Below are positions 1-10,375 of a stretch of DNA of 64,000 nucleotides, one piece after another; within the stretch, counting starts at the first letter, position 1; each line of letters opens with the position of its first letter. A program made the translations under genes and the position numbers. The stretch is from Planctomycetota bacterium (GTDB taxonomy: Bacteria > Planctomycetota > B15-G4 > SIAN01), in contig JANNXA010000051.1 in the NCBI GenBank assembly GCA_031409275.1, positions 224,001 to 288,000 of the forward strand. Direction: 5' to 3'. A model generated the notes under the pieces. It was not told the DNA's origin. It saw only the letters and a list, made by a program, of their open reading frames with translations, and made no database searches.

Positions 1-3000
1 GCCGGGGCTCGCGGCGATGGCGTAGAGGTAGTCGGTGGTGTTGAGGCTGGGGTCCCACGTGTCGGAGCGGCCGCTCGGACGGTTGAAGCCGCACGCGACC
101 TGCTCGGCGGCGAAGAGGCGCTTCGCATCGGAGCGCAGCAGGTTCATCGCACCATTCTGGTCCTGCACGATCGAGTCGTAGCGGATCCACTCGGTCGGAT
201 CGAAGACGCCGTCGCCGCTGGGCGACCCGATCTGCGCCATCTCGCAGCGGTCCTCGGCGCCGGTGACCTGTTCCGGCACGAGCAGCGCCGTCTTCACGTT
301 GCCGGTGACGACGACGCTGAGCGGAACCACCAGCGTGGTGAACTCGGCGGGAACGTAGTCGGCGAAGACGCGCTTGTTGGGGGCGACCACGAACGCGTGG
401 CGCTCGCAGAAGTGGAAGACGGTGTTGGTGTTCGGCGCTGCGGTCGCCGAGAACTCACCGAGGTCGGTGTTCGCGAGCTCCGCGGCCACCACTTGCCCGC
501 GCCGGACGTTGGTCAGCTGAGTGCCGTCGAAACCGCCGTAGTGGATGATCTCCACGCCGTTGACCCAACTCTTGGTCGTGGTCTTGAACGAGTCGAGCTG
601 GCCGGCCTGGTTGTTCTGGTCGTCGCGCGGGGTGAGCGTGCCGAAGTAGTAGCCGATCAGCGCCGCGTAGCCGCCCCCCTTCGAGAGCGGTCCATCGGCG
701 GGCAGCTTGCCGCCGTCGAGCGCGCTGACGCCGATGGCGTTGACGTCCGCGTCGAAGCCGCGGCCGAGGTTGATCGGCTGCGGTGGACCGCCACCGCCGC
801 CGCCACGCTGCTGCACGTCCATCTCGATCTGGACCTGCGCCATGCTGGAGGCGACTTTGGCTACGCCCCACGCGGGCAACCCGTCGGCGCCCAGCGTCGC
901 GCTGCCCGCGGGCACATCGGTGACGAGGCGCGCGGAGTAGCCGTAGAGCTCGACTCCTTCGCTGCTCGGATGGCTGACCCCGGTGGCGCCACCGCCGCCC
1001 GATCCCGACTGCTGCTGCAGCGAGAGCGCCGGTCGCAATCCGCCGAAGTGGTTCTTGTCATCACGCGACACGGTGAAGGTCGAGCCGCTCACCGCGCTGT
1101 ACTCGACCACCTCGTTGCCGACCCGCACCGCGCCGCGCGGCGGGAACTTCGCCGTGCCGTCGGCCAGTCGCTTGACGTCGACAGGGATGCGCGCGGTCCC
1201 TTGCGTCGAAGCGGTGAAGCTGCCGGAGAGGCGCGTGTAGTGCGACCACTTGCCGCGCGGCTTGCCATCGACGAAGAGCGCCATCTGGCCGGCGCGATTG
1301 CCGCGACAGAAGGCGGTCACGTGGTACCAGGTGTCCGCTTCCAGCACGAGCCCATCGGTGAAGTCGTAGACGAGCTTCGACGTGTAGAGGTCGTCCTGCG
1401 ACGCGCGCAGGAACGCATCGTTCACCTCGAACTCGAGCCGCGACTTGACGAAGCGCAGCCGCACGCGATCGGAGAGGTCGGGGTTGCTCGCCTGAGCGTT
1501 GCACTTCCAGTCGAAGAGCGTCTGTTCGCCGCCGAGGTCGCGGCCGGGGTTCCACCACATCGAGACGCCGAACGGTCGCGGTCGCTCGACGCCCGACACG
1601 TTCTGGGAGATCGCGACGCCCGGATTGCTGCCGTCCGGCTTGAAGCTCTGCGGCCCTTCGGAGAGGCGCCAACCTTCGGCGTCGGTGGAGACGATGTCAC
1701 CGCGGCGACCGTCGAAGTGCCAGGTGCGGTCGAAGTTCACGGCCTGCAGGTCGTACCACGCCGTGACCAGCCGAGCGCCGCTGTCGGTCACCTCTTCGGA
1801 CGGGAAGCGCGAGCGCGGCGCCGACATCGCCAGCAAGCGGGTCGGCGGATCGGCGGCGCCGAGTCCGCCGCTGAAGAAGTTGAGGTTCTCCGGAGCGGTC
1901 GTCCAGCCGCGCGCCATGCGGTTCAGCCGCCACGGCTCGTCGAAGTCGCGCTGCGTCTTGAAGAGCCGCACGCTGCGGCCGGCACCCGCGGTCGCCACCA
2001 TCTCGCGCACGAAGGCGCGTGCTCGCTCGCGGCCGTTCAGCTCGAAGTTGAGGCTCGCGGCGGTGCGCACCTCGACGAGCCCATCGCTCGCGTAGCAGAA
2101 GGGGGCCGTGCCGTACTCGAGGTCGTAGCAGCCCGAGTGCTCGGCGTTCAGCAGGATGGCGAGCCGCTGCTCGCCTTCGAGGTTCTTCTCGCGTTCCACC
2201 ATCGAGTCGAGCAGCGTGATCAGCTCGCGCATTCCAGGCAGAGGCCGCGCGCGCTCGATGCGCTCGGCGACCCGCTCGGCCGCGGCGCGATTGACCTCGC
2301 GCGTGGCGCCGCGCAGCTTCAACCCCTCCATCAGCAGCACCAGCGTCTCGCGCGAGGCGCTGTTGATGTTCACCGCATGCGGCAGCAGGAACTCGACCTG
2401 CGCCTGTCCCGCCGCGGCGTCGATCAGCAGCGGCATCTCGAGCTGCAACGACGCGCCGTCGTCGCGCTGGCTGCTGCGCAGCACGATGCCGTAGTCGCTG
2501 CGCCCGCCGAAGGCGGTGACCTTCGCCAACGTGCCGCGACCGGCGAACTGCCCCTGCCCGATGCGCAGCTCGCTGCTGGTGCCGCTGGTGATCTCCGACA
2601 GCACGCGCTGCGGGTTGCCGAAACGGGCGCGATTGCCATCGAGCGCGTCGACCGTCGCGAACTGTTCGAGGCGGGCGCGCGCCTCGACGCTCAGCGCACC
2701 CTGGCCGAGGCGTTCGATGGCCAGCGCGTGGAGCGGCGTGTCGAAGCGCGACTCCTGGCCCTGCACGGCCTTGTAGAGCCAGTTCGCCACCATCCAGGCA
2801 CGGAAGTCGAGGACATCGGTGCCCGCGTCATGTTCGCGCGGCTCGAGGTTCATCGTGGCCGGCATCCACACACCGGGCACGACCGCCGGACGGCGCAGGT
2901 CGAAGACGCTGCTGCCTTCCTTGCGTGCGTAGTAGGTGATCTCGCCGTCGATCCAGAGGAAGCCCGAGTCCTGCAGGAAATCGCCGTCGGCCAGCCGCAC

Positions 3001-3441
3001 CTGCTTGTCCTCGGGCGTCAGCTTCGACGAGAGCGTCGTCGCCATTCCCAGCAGTCGCGCCACCAGGAAGAGATTGGCGGCGTTCAGGTCGATGCGGCCC
3101 GACTGATCCTCGATCGCCGCGGAAAGTAGGCGGCCGCGCGGCCCGAGGTCCTCGATGCCCAGCAGGCGCGCCGTCGCCTCGACGTCGATCGTCATCTCGT
3201 CGGCCGCGTCGCTCCAGGGCGTCTCGTCGCGATCGGGAGCCGTTTCTCCCATGTGCGTCAACGCGAGGTCGCGCACCGCCAACGCGGAACGACGCGCTTC
3301 ATCGTCGCCGACGCGGAAGGCGACGCCGCCCTGCTCGTGGCGCATCGACAAAGCGAACGGGATCGCCACCGAGATCAGGCAGACCAGCACCGCAAGCACC
3401 AGCGGCAGCGCCACGCCGCGCTGGTCGCGAGATTCGTTCAT
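1..3441 (-). CDS. Giant GspK/PilX-like minor pseudopilin with HhH-type motifs and a LamG-like domain (3' end off window, >1147 aa)
   Basis: Not in ORF track (no stop inside window). Hand translation: MNESRDQRG|VALPLVLAVLVCLISVAIPF (class III signal lacking E5), GspK motifs IEDQSGRIDLN and VNINSASRETL, LamG-like TWYHVTAFCRG..MALFVDG. GGAG 7 nt before ATG; alternative start 3447. Confidence 0.8.
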   Translation of the reverse strand, partial: MNESRDQRGVALPLVLAVLVCLISVAIPFALSMRHEQGGVAFRVGDDEARRSALAVRDLALTHMGETAPDRDETPWSDAADEMTIDVEATARLLGIEDLGPRGRLLSAAIEDQSGRIDLNAANLFLVARLLGMATTLSSKLTPEDKQVRLADGDFLQDSGFLWIDGEITYYARKEGSSVFDLRRPAVVPGVWMPATMNLEPREHDAGTDVLDFRAWMVANWLYKAVQGQESRFDTPLHALAIERLGQGALSVEARARLEQFATVDALDGNRARFGNPQRVLSEITSGTSSELRIGQGQFAGRGTLAKVTAFGGRSDYGIVLRSSQRDDGASLQLEMPLLIDAAAGQAQVEFLLPHAVNINSASRETLVLLMEGLKLRGATREVNRAAAERVAERIERARPLPGMRELITLLDSMVEREKNLEGEQRLAILLNAEHSGCYDLEYGTAPFCYASDGLVEVRTAASLNFELNGRERARAFVREMVATAGAGRSVRLFKTQRDFDEPWRLNRMARGWTTAPENLNFFSGGLGAADPPTRLLAMSAPRSRFPSEEVTDSGARLVTAWYDLQAVNFDRTWHFDGRRGDIVSTDAEGWRLSEGPQSFKPDGSNPGVAISQNVSGVERPRPFGVSMWWNPGRDLGGEQTLFDWKCNAQASNPDLSDRVRLRFVKSRLEFEVNDAFLRASQDDLYTSKLVYDFTDGLVLEADTWYHVTAFCRGNRAGQMALFVDGKPRGKWSHYTRLSGSFTASTQGTARIPVDVKRLADGTAKFPPRGAVRVGNEVVEYSAVSGSTFTVSRDDKNHFGGLRPALSLQQQSGSGGGGATGVSHPSSEGVELYGYSARLVTDVPAGSATLGADGLPAWGVAKVASSMAQVQIEMDVQQRGGGGGGPPQPINLGRGFDADVNAIGVSALDGGKLPADGPLSKGGGYAALIGYYFGTLTPRDDQNNQAGQLDSFKTTTKSWVNGVEIIHYGGFDGTQLTNVRRGQVVAAELANTDLGEFSATAAPNTNTVFHFCERHAFVVAPNKRVFADYVPAEFTTLVVPLSVVVTGNVKTALLVPEQVTGAEDRCEMAQIGSPSGDGVFDPTEWIRYDSIVQDQNGAMNLLRSDAKRLFAAEQVACGFNRPSGRSDTWDPSLNTTDYLYAIAASPG

Positions 3442-3455
3442 GAGCATGCTCCGGA

Positions 3456-4532
3456 TCACTGCACATCCCCGAGCAGACCGACACGAATCCAGGTGGAGAT
3501 CGGCTTCTTGTCCGGCTCGCTGGCCGGCGTCAGAAGTTCGAGTTCGGCGGGCGCCTGATGGAATCGCGGATCGAGCGCGCCATCCGGCCCGAAGCCCACC
3601 AGGCGGTTGCCGGTCCCAAGCTCCATGTCGCGCAGCTCCTGGGAATCACCGGCGAAGATGCCCCACTTGAGTTCGTCGACCACGAATCCCGCGGCCTCGT
3701 CGTAGCTGCCGATCAGCAACGAGGTGCCGGGATCGGGCAGGAAGGGCGCGCGTACCGCCAACGCGAGTTCCGCGACCACGGCGTCGTCCGCGGTGAGCCG
3801 CAGCTGCGCGCCGTCGAAGGTCACCGCCAGCTTGACGAAACGGCCCGCGATCAGGATCGGCTCGGTACTCGAGACCGACTGGAACGCGGGCCGCGGATCG
3901 CCCGCCGAATCGCGCACCTCGACCTGCACCTGGACGCTGACGCCGCCATCGGCGGTCGCCTGCACCAGCAGCGACTTGCCCTTGGTGAAGAGGACCTGGC
4001 TGCGACGCTGATCGACGGCGAGGAAGGCCTCGAGCGCGAAGCCGTCGCGCGACTCGAAGGCCGGAGTGGGCAGCAGCTCGATCCACGACTTCTCGCGATC
4101 GGAGAGGCGGACCGCCTTGCCGACCACTCCTTGCGCGAACTCCTCGAGCCCCGCACCGCGACCGTCGGTTGGCCAGCCCGAGAGGTCGGTCGCTTCGAAG
4201 TGCCAGCCCGCGATGGTCTTGCGGCCGACCGCGCTCACCTGCGGCCACGTTTCGTCGTTGCCCGCCTCGAGGCGCACGGTCGCCGGCGCGTTCTCGGCGA
4301 TGGCGAACAGGCGCGCCTGGCGCAGCGCATCGAGGACGGCGCGGCGGGCGATGTCGCGGCTCGGGATGCTGCGGCGGAAGGCGCCGACCGAAATGCCCAT
4401 CAGCACGCCGACGATCGCCAGCACCACCAGCATCTCGATCAGCGTGAAGCCGCGCGGGGCGGCACGCCGTCCCGTGGCAAGCGGCGCCACGCGCGGGCGC
4501 GGCAGCAGCGGCCTAGAAGTTGGTGACGTCAT
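3456..4532 (-). CDS. Minor pseudopilin (GspH/FimT-like N-terminus) with C-terminal LamG-like domain
   Basis: APRG|FTLIEMLVVLAIVGVL prepilin motif; LamG-like FVKLAVTFDG..LLIGS..VDEL. Start may be GTG at 4490. Confidence 0.8.
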   Translation of the reverse strand: MTSPTSRPLLPRPRVAPLATGRRAAPRGFTLIEMLVVLAIVGVLMGISVGAFRRSIPSRDIARRAVLDALRQARLFAIAENAPATVRLEAGNDETWPQVSAVGRKTIAGWHFEATDLSGWPTDGRGAGLEEFAQGVVGKAVRLSDREKSWIELLPTPAFESRDGFALEAFLAVDQRRSQVLFTKGKSLLVQATADGGVSVQVQVEVRDSAGDPRPAFQSVSSTEPILIAGRFVKLAVTFDGAQLRLTADDAVVAELALAVRAPFLPDPGTSLLIGSYDEAAGFVVDELKWGIFAGDSQELRDMELGTGNRLVGFGPDGALDPRFHQAPAELELLTPASEPDKKPISTWIRVGLLGDVQ

Positions 4533-5142
4533 CCTCGGTCCCGAAGATGCGGTCGCTGCCGGCCGAGATCAGCTGGTAGCGATCGGCATTGGCCCAACCA
4601 CCGGTCTTCTCCGACTTGCGCGCGGTGACGCGCTGCTCGGGATCGTTCGGATCGGCAGGATCCGCCATCAGGTAGCGCGCTTCCTTGCCGTAGCAGTCGG
4701 GCGTGAAGTAGGCGATCGGGTTGCCCCATCCGTCGACCACTTCCATCAGCTTCGTGACGCCCGCGTCGCGGTGGTAGGGCGTCGCGGTCGCATCGTCGTC
4801 GGTGTTCTCGATCGACGCGTCGCGGACGTTGTTCCCTTCCGGATAGCTCTTGGCGTGCAGCGCCACGTAGAGCGCCTCGGCCCCCTCATTGAGGTCGTTG
4901 TCGGCGCGCACTTTCTGCGGCGCCAGCATGCACGGAGGCGGGCCGCCCTTCTTCGTCTCGTACGACGTGATCAGGATCTCGAGCTCGGCGATGGTGGCCG
5001 AGGTCTTGGTGACGTAGCCCTGCTCCTTCTGACGGCCGAAGGCGAAGATCGCGAGGCTCATCAGCAAGCCCAGGATCGCCAGGACGGCCAGCACTTCGAT
5101 CAGGGTGAAACCCTGCATTCGTCGCCTTCGCTGCGGTCCCAT
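4513..5142 (-). CDS. GspG-like pseudopilin
   Basis: MQG|FTLIEVLAVLAILG; GspG-type C-terminus DGWGNP..YQLISAGSDRIFGTEDD; AGGAG 7 nt before ATG 5142. Confidence 0.85.
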   Translation of the reverse strand: MGPQRRRRMQGFTLIEVLAVLAILGLLMSLAIFAFGRQKEQGYVTKTSATIAELEILITSYETKKGGPPPCMLAPQKVRADNDLNEGAEALYVALHAKSYPEGNNVRDASIENTDDDATATPYHRDAGVTKLMEVVDGWGNPIAYFTPDCYGKEARYLMADPADPNDPEQRVTARKSEKTGGWANADRYQLISAGSDRIFGTEDDVTNF

Positions 5143-5186
5143 CGCCGAGCTCCTCTGCTGCACCCCGATCGCGCGTCGCGGCGTCG

Positions 5187-7898
5187 TCACTGCGCCAGGA
5201 ACTCGATGCGGCGCGCCTTCTCGAGCTTCACGTCGCACGTCTTGCCGCCGGCCGCGGCGCCGAAGAAGAGCGCCGAGATCTGCTGGCGCGTGCGCCCCTT
5301 CCAAGGGGCCATCTCGACCGGCGCTCCGGCCGGCGTGCCGTCGATCAGGAACTGGAATTTCTCGTTGCCGCGTTCCTGCCGCCGCAGCGTGATGCGGACC
5401 ACGTCGCCCGCCTTCGCGGTGTGCGTGCCGATCTTCACGAAGGCCTCGTCGCCGACGTGCTCGCATCGCTGCAGCAGGACGCTGCCATCGACATCGAGCG
5501 CCAGGGTCAACGCCGCGCGCAGTCGCGGCGCCTGGCCGGTCGCGCCGGCCATGTAGTGGACGAGCCCCATGCCCATGCGCCCCTGATGCGTCGGCGCGAA
5601 CTGGCACTCGACCTCGAGCTCGTGGAAGAGCGACAGCTCGACGTCGCGCGCCAGGTAGGTCCAGTTGGCGATGTCGTTGCCGGGCTTCTGCACTCCGGAG
5701 ATGCGCACGTTGCCGGGCGGCGTCGACTTGAGGTCGAGACCGAAACGCGTCTCCGCGCTCCAGCCGTTGCCGACCTCGGCCCACTGCAGCGTGTCCTCCC
5801 AGATCTGCTTGCTCTCGAGGTCGAGCACGGCCGCCAGCCAGCGCGTCGCGTAGGCGACGTCGTCGACCGGGGCGTTCTTCAGCTCGTCTTTCACCTGCAC
5901 CCACAGTTGCTGCGCCGTCGCGCTCTCGCCCGCCTCGTAGGCGCAGTAGGCCAGGCCGAGCAACGATTCGCTGGTGGCGCGCTTGGCCTGCAGCGCCTCG
6001 AAGAGCGTGCGCGCACGGCCGACGTCGCCGGCGACGAGGTGGGCGTGCGCCAGCAGGAGGCGCGTCTCGTCGCGATCCTCGCGCGCCAGCGACTCCTCGA
6101 AGTAGCGGCGGGCGTCCGCGCCGGCGCCAGCTTGCAGCGCGACGAAACCGAGCTCGTTGAAGAGGTCGGGGAAGCCAGCGCCGAGCTCGAGCGAGCGGCG
6201 CAGCTCGACGCGCGCCCCCTCCAGATCACCGGACTGCCGCAGCAGTCGGCCGAGGAAGTAGCGCACGAAGGCGTCATCGGGTGCACGCGCCGCCGCGTCG
6301 CGCGCACGCACGATCGCGTCGTCGAGATGGCCCGTCACCGAGCGAAGCTCCGCTTCGGCGACGGTCGCAGCGCCGGCCAGCAGTGGATCGACGAGCGCCA
6401 CTCGCTGCAGGTCGAGGCGGGCCTGATCGAAGGCACGCAGCCGCGTGCGCACGATGCCGAGGCCAAGCAGCGCCTCCGCCTCGGCGCGCGGCGCGTGGAC
6501 CGCGGCCAACAGCCGCGCGTAGCTGCCCTCGGCGTCGGTGAAGCGGCCGAGCGCGAAGTCGGCGGCGCCTTCGAGACGGAATCCCAGGAGCGACTGCGCG
6601 TCGATCTTGAGGATGCGCTTCGCCTCCTCCAGAGCGCGCGGCGCATCGCCCCGCTCGAGCAAGGCGGCGCCACCCTCCGCGATCACTTCCATGCGTTGCT
6701 CGGCGGTGCTCGACGACTGCTCGGCCTGGCTGAATTGCTGCAGCGCCAGTTCGACGCTCTCCGGCGAACCTTCGTCGAGCAGCGCGCGACCGTACGCCAC
6801 GCGCGCTTCGCGTTCGGTCGGGAAGCGTTGGACGGCGGCCGCGAGGCCGGCGAGGGCGCCCGAACGGGCGCCGGCGCGCTGCAACCAGCGCGCGTGGCGA
6901 ACGGCGAGGCCGGCGCTTTCGATCCCGGCCGCGCGCGCCTTCTGCAGCACCTGCAACTCGGCCTCGAAGTCGAGCAGCGCCGCGCGCGCGTCAGCGAGGA
7001 GCTCGTAGGTGCGCGACTGCCGCGGATCGAGGTCGATCCACTTCTCGAGCCGCGCGACCGCGCTGCGGTAGCAGGCCGCGTCTTCGGCACCGAGCGCCAG
7101 TGCGAGCGCCGCCGCATCGAGGAGGCGCGGGAGGTTCGCGCTGCTCCACTGCGACTCCGGCAGCGCCCGCAACGCGAGCTCGGCGCGATTGAACGGGGTG
7201 TTCGCGAAGTGGATGCCGTCGGGCTTCAACCGGTCGCGTTCCAGCGAGCCGCCGATCATGACGCGGTTGGTCTTCGGGTCGATGCGCGTGAACTCGATCT
7301 TCTCGGTCAGTCGCTCGAGCAGGCGGAACTTGTCCGCATTCTTGATCACGACGTACCACGGGCGCGGATCGGTGGCGAGGTCGAGCCAGTCGAAGCGCTT
7401 CTGGAGCTCTTCGTCGACGCTGCCGGCAGTGGACGACGCGACCGCGGGTGCCGCCGCAGGTGCTGCCGCCGGCGCGGCCGCGGACGCTGCGTCCGCCGTG
7501 TCGCCCGCGGGTGCCGTGTCGGCGGGGAACGCGTGCGGCGTCACTTGTGTCGGCTGGCGATAGAGGCCAAGTCGCGCCAGCGCGGCCGACGGCGAAAGCG
7601 GCGGCGGGACGTAGCTTGGGTCGCGCAACGGCGGGCGCTCGAGCTCGGCGGGCGGCATGGGCAGCCAATCGCGCGGCTCGCGGAAGACCTCGCGTCCGCT
7701 GCGCGCCCAGTCGCTGGCGCGCAGCGCGCCTCGCGGCGCGCGAGCAACGTCGGTGTACGCCAGCGCCTCGGCAGCGGGCGCTTTGCCGTTCTGCACGATC
7801 GGGGTCTTGAAATCTTCCGTCAGCAGCAGCGTCGCCAGCAGACCCGTCAGACCGACGCTGCTGAAGAAGAAGAGCTGCTCTTTTCCTGGGCGCGCCAT
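5187..7898 (-). CDS. Membrane-anchored large TPR protein with beta-rich C-terminal domain
   Basis: N-terminal hydrophobic segment, many Ala/Leu TPR-like helices; start overlaps upstream stop at 7898. Confidence 0.7.
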   Translation of the reverse strand: MARPGKEQLFFFSSVGLTGLLATLLLTEDFKTPIVQNGKAPAAEALAYTDVARAPRGALRASDWARSGREVFREPRDWLPMPPAELERPPLRDPSYVPPPLSPSAALARLGLYRQPTQVTPHAFPADTAPAGDTADAASAAAPAAAPAAAPAVASSTAGSVDEELQKRFDWLDLATDPRPWYVVIKNADKFRLLERLTEKIEFTRIDPKTNRVMIGGSLERDRLKPDGIHFANTPFNRAELALRALPESQWSSANLPRLLDAAALALALGAEDAACYRSAVARLEKWIDLDPRQSRTYELLADARAALLDFEAELQVLQKARAAGIESAGLAVRHARWLQRAGARSGALAGLAAAVQRFPTEREARVAYGRALLDEGSPESVELALQQFSQAEQSSSTAEQRMEVIAEGGAALLERGDAPRALEEAKRILKIDAQSLLGFRLEGAADFALGRFTDAEGSYARLLAAVHAPRAEAEALLGLGIVRTRLRAFDQARLDLQRVALVDPLLAGAATVAEAELRSVTGHLDDAIVRARDAAARAPDDAFVRYFLGRLLRQSGDLEGARVELRRSLELGAGFPDLFNELGFVALQAGAGADARRYFEESLAREDRDETRLLLAHAHLVAGDVGRARTLFEALQAKRATSESLLGLAYCAYEAGESATAQQLWVQVKDELKNAPVDDVAYATRWLAAVLDLESKQIWEDTLQWAEVGNGWSAETRFGLDLKSTPPGNVRISGVQKPGNDIANWTYLARDVELSLFHELEVECQFAPTHQGRMGMGLVHYMAGATGQAPRLRAALTLALDVDGSVLLQRCEHVGDEAFVKIGTHTAKAGDVVRITLRRQERGNEKFQFLIDGTPAGAPVEMAPWKGRTRQQISALFFGAAAGGKTCDVKLEKARRIEFLAQ

Positions 7899-8692
7899 CA
7901 GGGCTTCTCCTCGAAGTCGCTCGGCTCGCCATCCCGTTTCTCGATCTGCAGCGCGGTCACCGACAGGTCGAGCTGCAACATGCCGAGCTCTCCCTTCACG
8001 GGCTTGACGCGCGTCTGGTCGATCGCGAGGAAGGGCGCGCTCGAACGCGCCGCCCCATCGACGACGGCGGTCAGCAGCGAACGGATCGCCTTCTCGCCGC
8101 CGATCACCTCGAAGCGGACGCGCACCTCGGAAAGGAAGCCGGCCGCCTTGCCGCGGGCACGCGAGTCGTCCTCGATCTGGATCGCACCGATGCGACGGAC
8201 GCCGGCGCTGATCGACTCGATGACCACCTGCTGGACCACGTCGAGCGCGATCAGCTGCCGGCGGATCTCCTCCGGCTCGGTCGGCGCCATGTCCTTCAGG
8301 CCGAGCGCCTCGGGCACGCGGATGTCCTGTCGCTCGGCCGCCTCGACCAGCGCGCGCGACGTCTCGCGATGACGCTTGAAGAAGAAGCCGCGCGGATTGG
8401 CCTCGCCCGCGGGGACCTGGAAGGCGGCGCCCGGCGCGTGGCGCATCGTCTTCACCAGCTCGGCGTAGCGCTCGCGCAGCGAATCGACATCTTCCTGCAC
8501 GTCGCGCACGAGGTCGTCGCCGATGCGGTCACTCTTCCCGAGCCCTTGCGCGGTGCGCGCCGAAGCGAAGACCACGCCTTCGTAGTCCCACTGCGACTGC
8601 ACCACGCCGCGGCCGATCAGCAGCAGCAGCAGCGCGCCGGCGACGATGAGGATGAAGCGCTTGTGTTGCGCCCAGAGGTCGGCGAGGTCCAT
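7898..8692 (-). CDS. PilO/GspM-like inner-membrane protein
   Basis: Single N-terminal TM, coiled coil, ferredoxin-like C-terminus (VRFEVIG..LQLDLSV); directly after pilM-N with 1-nt overlap. Confidence 0.6.
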   Translation of the reverse strand: MDLADLWAQHKRFILIVAGALLLLLIGRGVVQSQWDYEGVVFASARTAQGLGKSDRIGDDLVRDVQEDVDSLRERYAELVKTMRHAPGAAFQVPAGEANPRGFFFKRHRETSRALVEAAERQDIRVPEALGLKDMAPTEPEEIRRQLIALDVVQQVVIESISAGVRRIGAIQIEDDSRARGKAAGFLSEVRVRFEVIGGEKAIRSLLTAVVDGAARSSAPFLAIDQTRVKPVKGELGMLQLDLSVTALQIEKRDGEPSDFEEKP

Positions 8693-10374
8693 CAGCGTCC
8701 CCCTGACGTCGTGCGAGTCGAGGCGCCCTTGGCTGCCGGTGCAGCCGCTTCGGCTTCGGGATCGGGTGGCGGCGCCGCGAGCCAGTTGAGGTTCAGGCGG
8801 TACTCGATCTGCCCGCCCTTTGCCGTCTGGGTCTCGACGACGTCCGCGGGCCGGAAGTCGCTTTCGGCTCCCAGCGCGCGCACCGACTCGACGAATGCCG
8901 CGTAGCTCTCATCGACGGAACGCGTCCCGCGCGACTTGCCGGCGCCATCGACAACGATCAGCGGCCGCTTGGTGGCGCGGTCGCGTGCGGCGCTCTTCTG
9001 TTCCTGCAGCTCCAGCGTGAAACCGGCGACCCACAGGTCCTCCGGCAACTCGCTGGCCAGCAGGCCGAGCGCCCTCACCACGCTGTCGCCGGCCGCCTTG
9101 CGTTTCTCCAGCACGTCGACTTTGGCGGCGAGTTCGCTGCGCTCGGTGCGCAGCTTCTCGAGGAGGCTCGCGTTGTTGGCGCGCTTGCGCGACTCGTTGG
9201 TGATGCGCCCGGCAGCGGCGGTGGCGACATGGAAGCGCTCCTGGCACTTCCACGCGTAGAGGCCGAGGTAGGCCAGCACGACGACGAGCGCGCCGACCGT
9301 GAAGGCGTGCTTGCCCTTCCATTCGCGGCGGCGCTTCTCCGCGCCGGTCAGCAGCTCGACCGACCACGACTCCGAGTCGGCGCCCATCACCGCGAGGCCG
9401 AGCGCGACCGCCATGTCGCGGCTGCCGGCCCCTTCGACGGCGAGTCCGGCGTCGGCGAGCGGATCGAAGAGCTGGACCGGGACGCCGAGGCTTCCGGCGA
9501 GGTACTCGTCGAGCCCCTTCATCGCGGAGCTGCCGCCGGTGAGCCACACCTTGGAGAGGTTCAGCTGGTTCAGCTGCATCTGCGACTTCGCGAGCTGCAG
9601 CGTCGACTGCACCATGCTGAAGAGACGGCCGGCGGCACCTTCGAGCGCGTAGCTCAGCTTCTCCGCCTGCGGGGTGAGGCCCGAACGCTTGTCGCGCGGA
9701 CGCAGGTCGCCAAGCTCGAGCTTGAGGCTCTCCGCCTTCGCCTTGCTGACGCTGAACTGCTCGGCGATGGCGTCGGTGAGCGTCTCGCCGCCCGTGCTGA
9801 CGCTGCGCGCGTAGAGGAGATCGCCATCGCGCAGGAGCGCGAAGTCGGACGAGTTCTTGCCGATCGACACGATCAGCACGTCGCCGCTGGTCGCCGGCCC
9901 GAACACCCGGAAGGCGTGGAAGAGCGCGATCGCGTTCGGCGTGAAGTGGCGCGCCGAGAGGCCCGAAGTTTCGAGTTCGGCCGAGCGCTCCTCGATGCGC
10001 TGCTCGCGCGACAACGCCAGCAGGACGATGTCGTCGTTGGTGAGGTCGGCGCGCGATGGCATCACGTTGAAGTCGGCGGCGAGCGTGTCGCCCGACTGGT
10101 TGCGGATCTCGTCGAGCTCGAAGGCGACGATCTTCTTCAGCTGGAAGTCCGCGACCGGCGGCACTTGCTGGTACTTGATGACCAGGTCCTTGCCGGTGAG
10201 GCCGAGCACGGCCTGCTTCGACTTGAAGCCGGCGGAGCGCAGTGCGCCGCCGAGTTCGCCGCCGGCAGGAAGCGCGCACGCGCGCACCGGCACCAGCGCG
10301 CCGCCCTGCATTTCGACCTCGACGGCCTTGATGGTGGCGCTGCCTTCGTCGATCCCGAGTCCGCGCGCGCCCAT
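8692..10374 (-). CDS. pilM: PilM actin-like domain fused to TM and PilN-like periplasmic domain
   Basis: GLGIDEGSATIK and LTGGSSAMKGL actin-fold motifs, VALGLA, then TM, coiled coil and LPEDLWV (PilN-like); GGAGG RBS. Confidence 0.85.
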   Translation of the reverse strand: MGARGLGIDEGSATIKAVEVEMQGGALVPVRACALPAGGELGGALRSAGFKSKQAVLGLTGKDLVIKYQQVPPVADFQLKKIVAFELDEIRNQSGDTLAADFNVMPSRADLTNDDIVLLALSREQRIEERSAELETSGLSARHFTPNAIALFHAFRVFGPATSGDVLIVSIGKNSSDFALLRDGDLLYARSVSTGGETLTDAIAEQFSVSKAKAESLKLELGDLRPRDKRSGLTPQAEKLSYALEGAAGRLFSMVQSTLQLAKSQMQLNQLNLSKVWLTGGSSAMKGLDEYLAGSLGVPVQLFDPLADAGLAVEGAGSRDMAVALGLAVMGADSESWSVELLTGAEKRRREWKGKHAFTVGALVVVLAYLGLYAWKCQERFHVATAAAGRITNESRKRANNASLLEKLRTERSELAAKVDVLEKRKAAGDSVVRALGLLASELPEDLWVAGFTLELQEQKSAARDRATKRPLIVVDGAGKSRGTRSVDESYAAFVESVRALGAESDFRPADVVETQTAKGGQIEYRLNLNWLAAPPPDPEAEAAAPAAKGASTRTTSGGR

Positions 10375-10375
10375 G

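Noticed and set aside
397..3129. 910-aa plus-strand ORF and similar long antisense ORFs (5421-8372, 9857-12631, 26814-29384, 56382-58925)
   Set aside because: Shadow ORFs typical of high GC; no motifs, and the opposite strand holds recognisable genes
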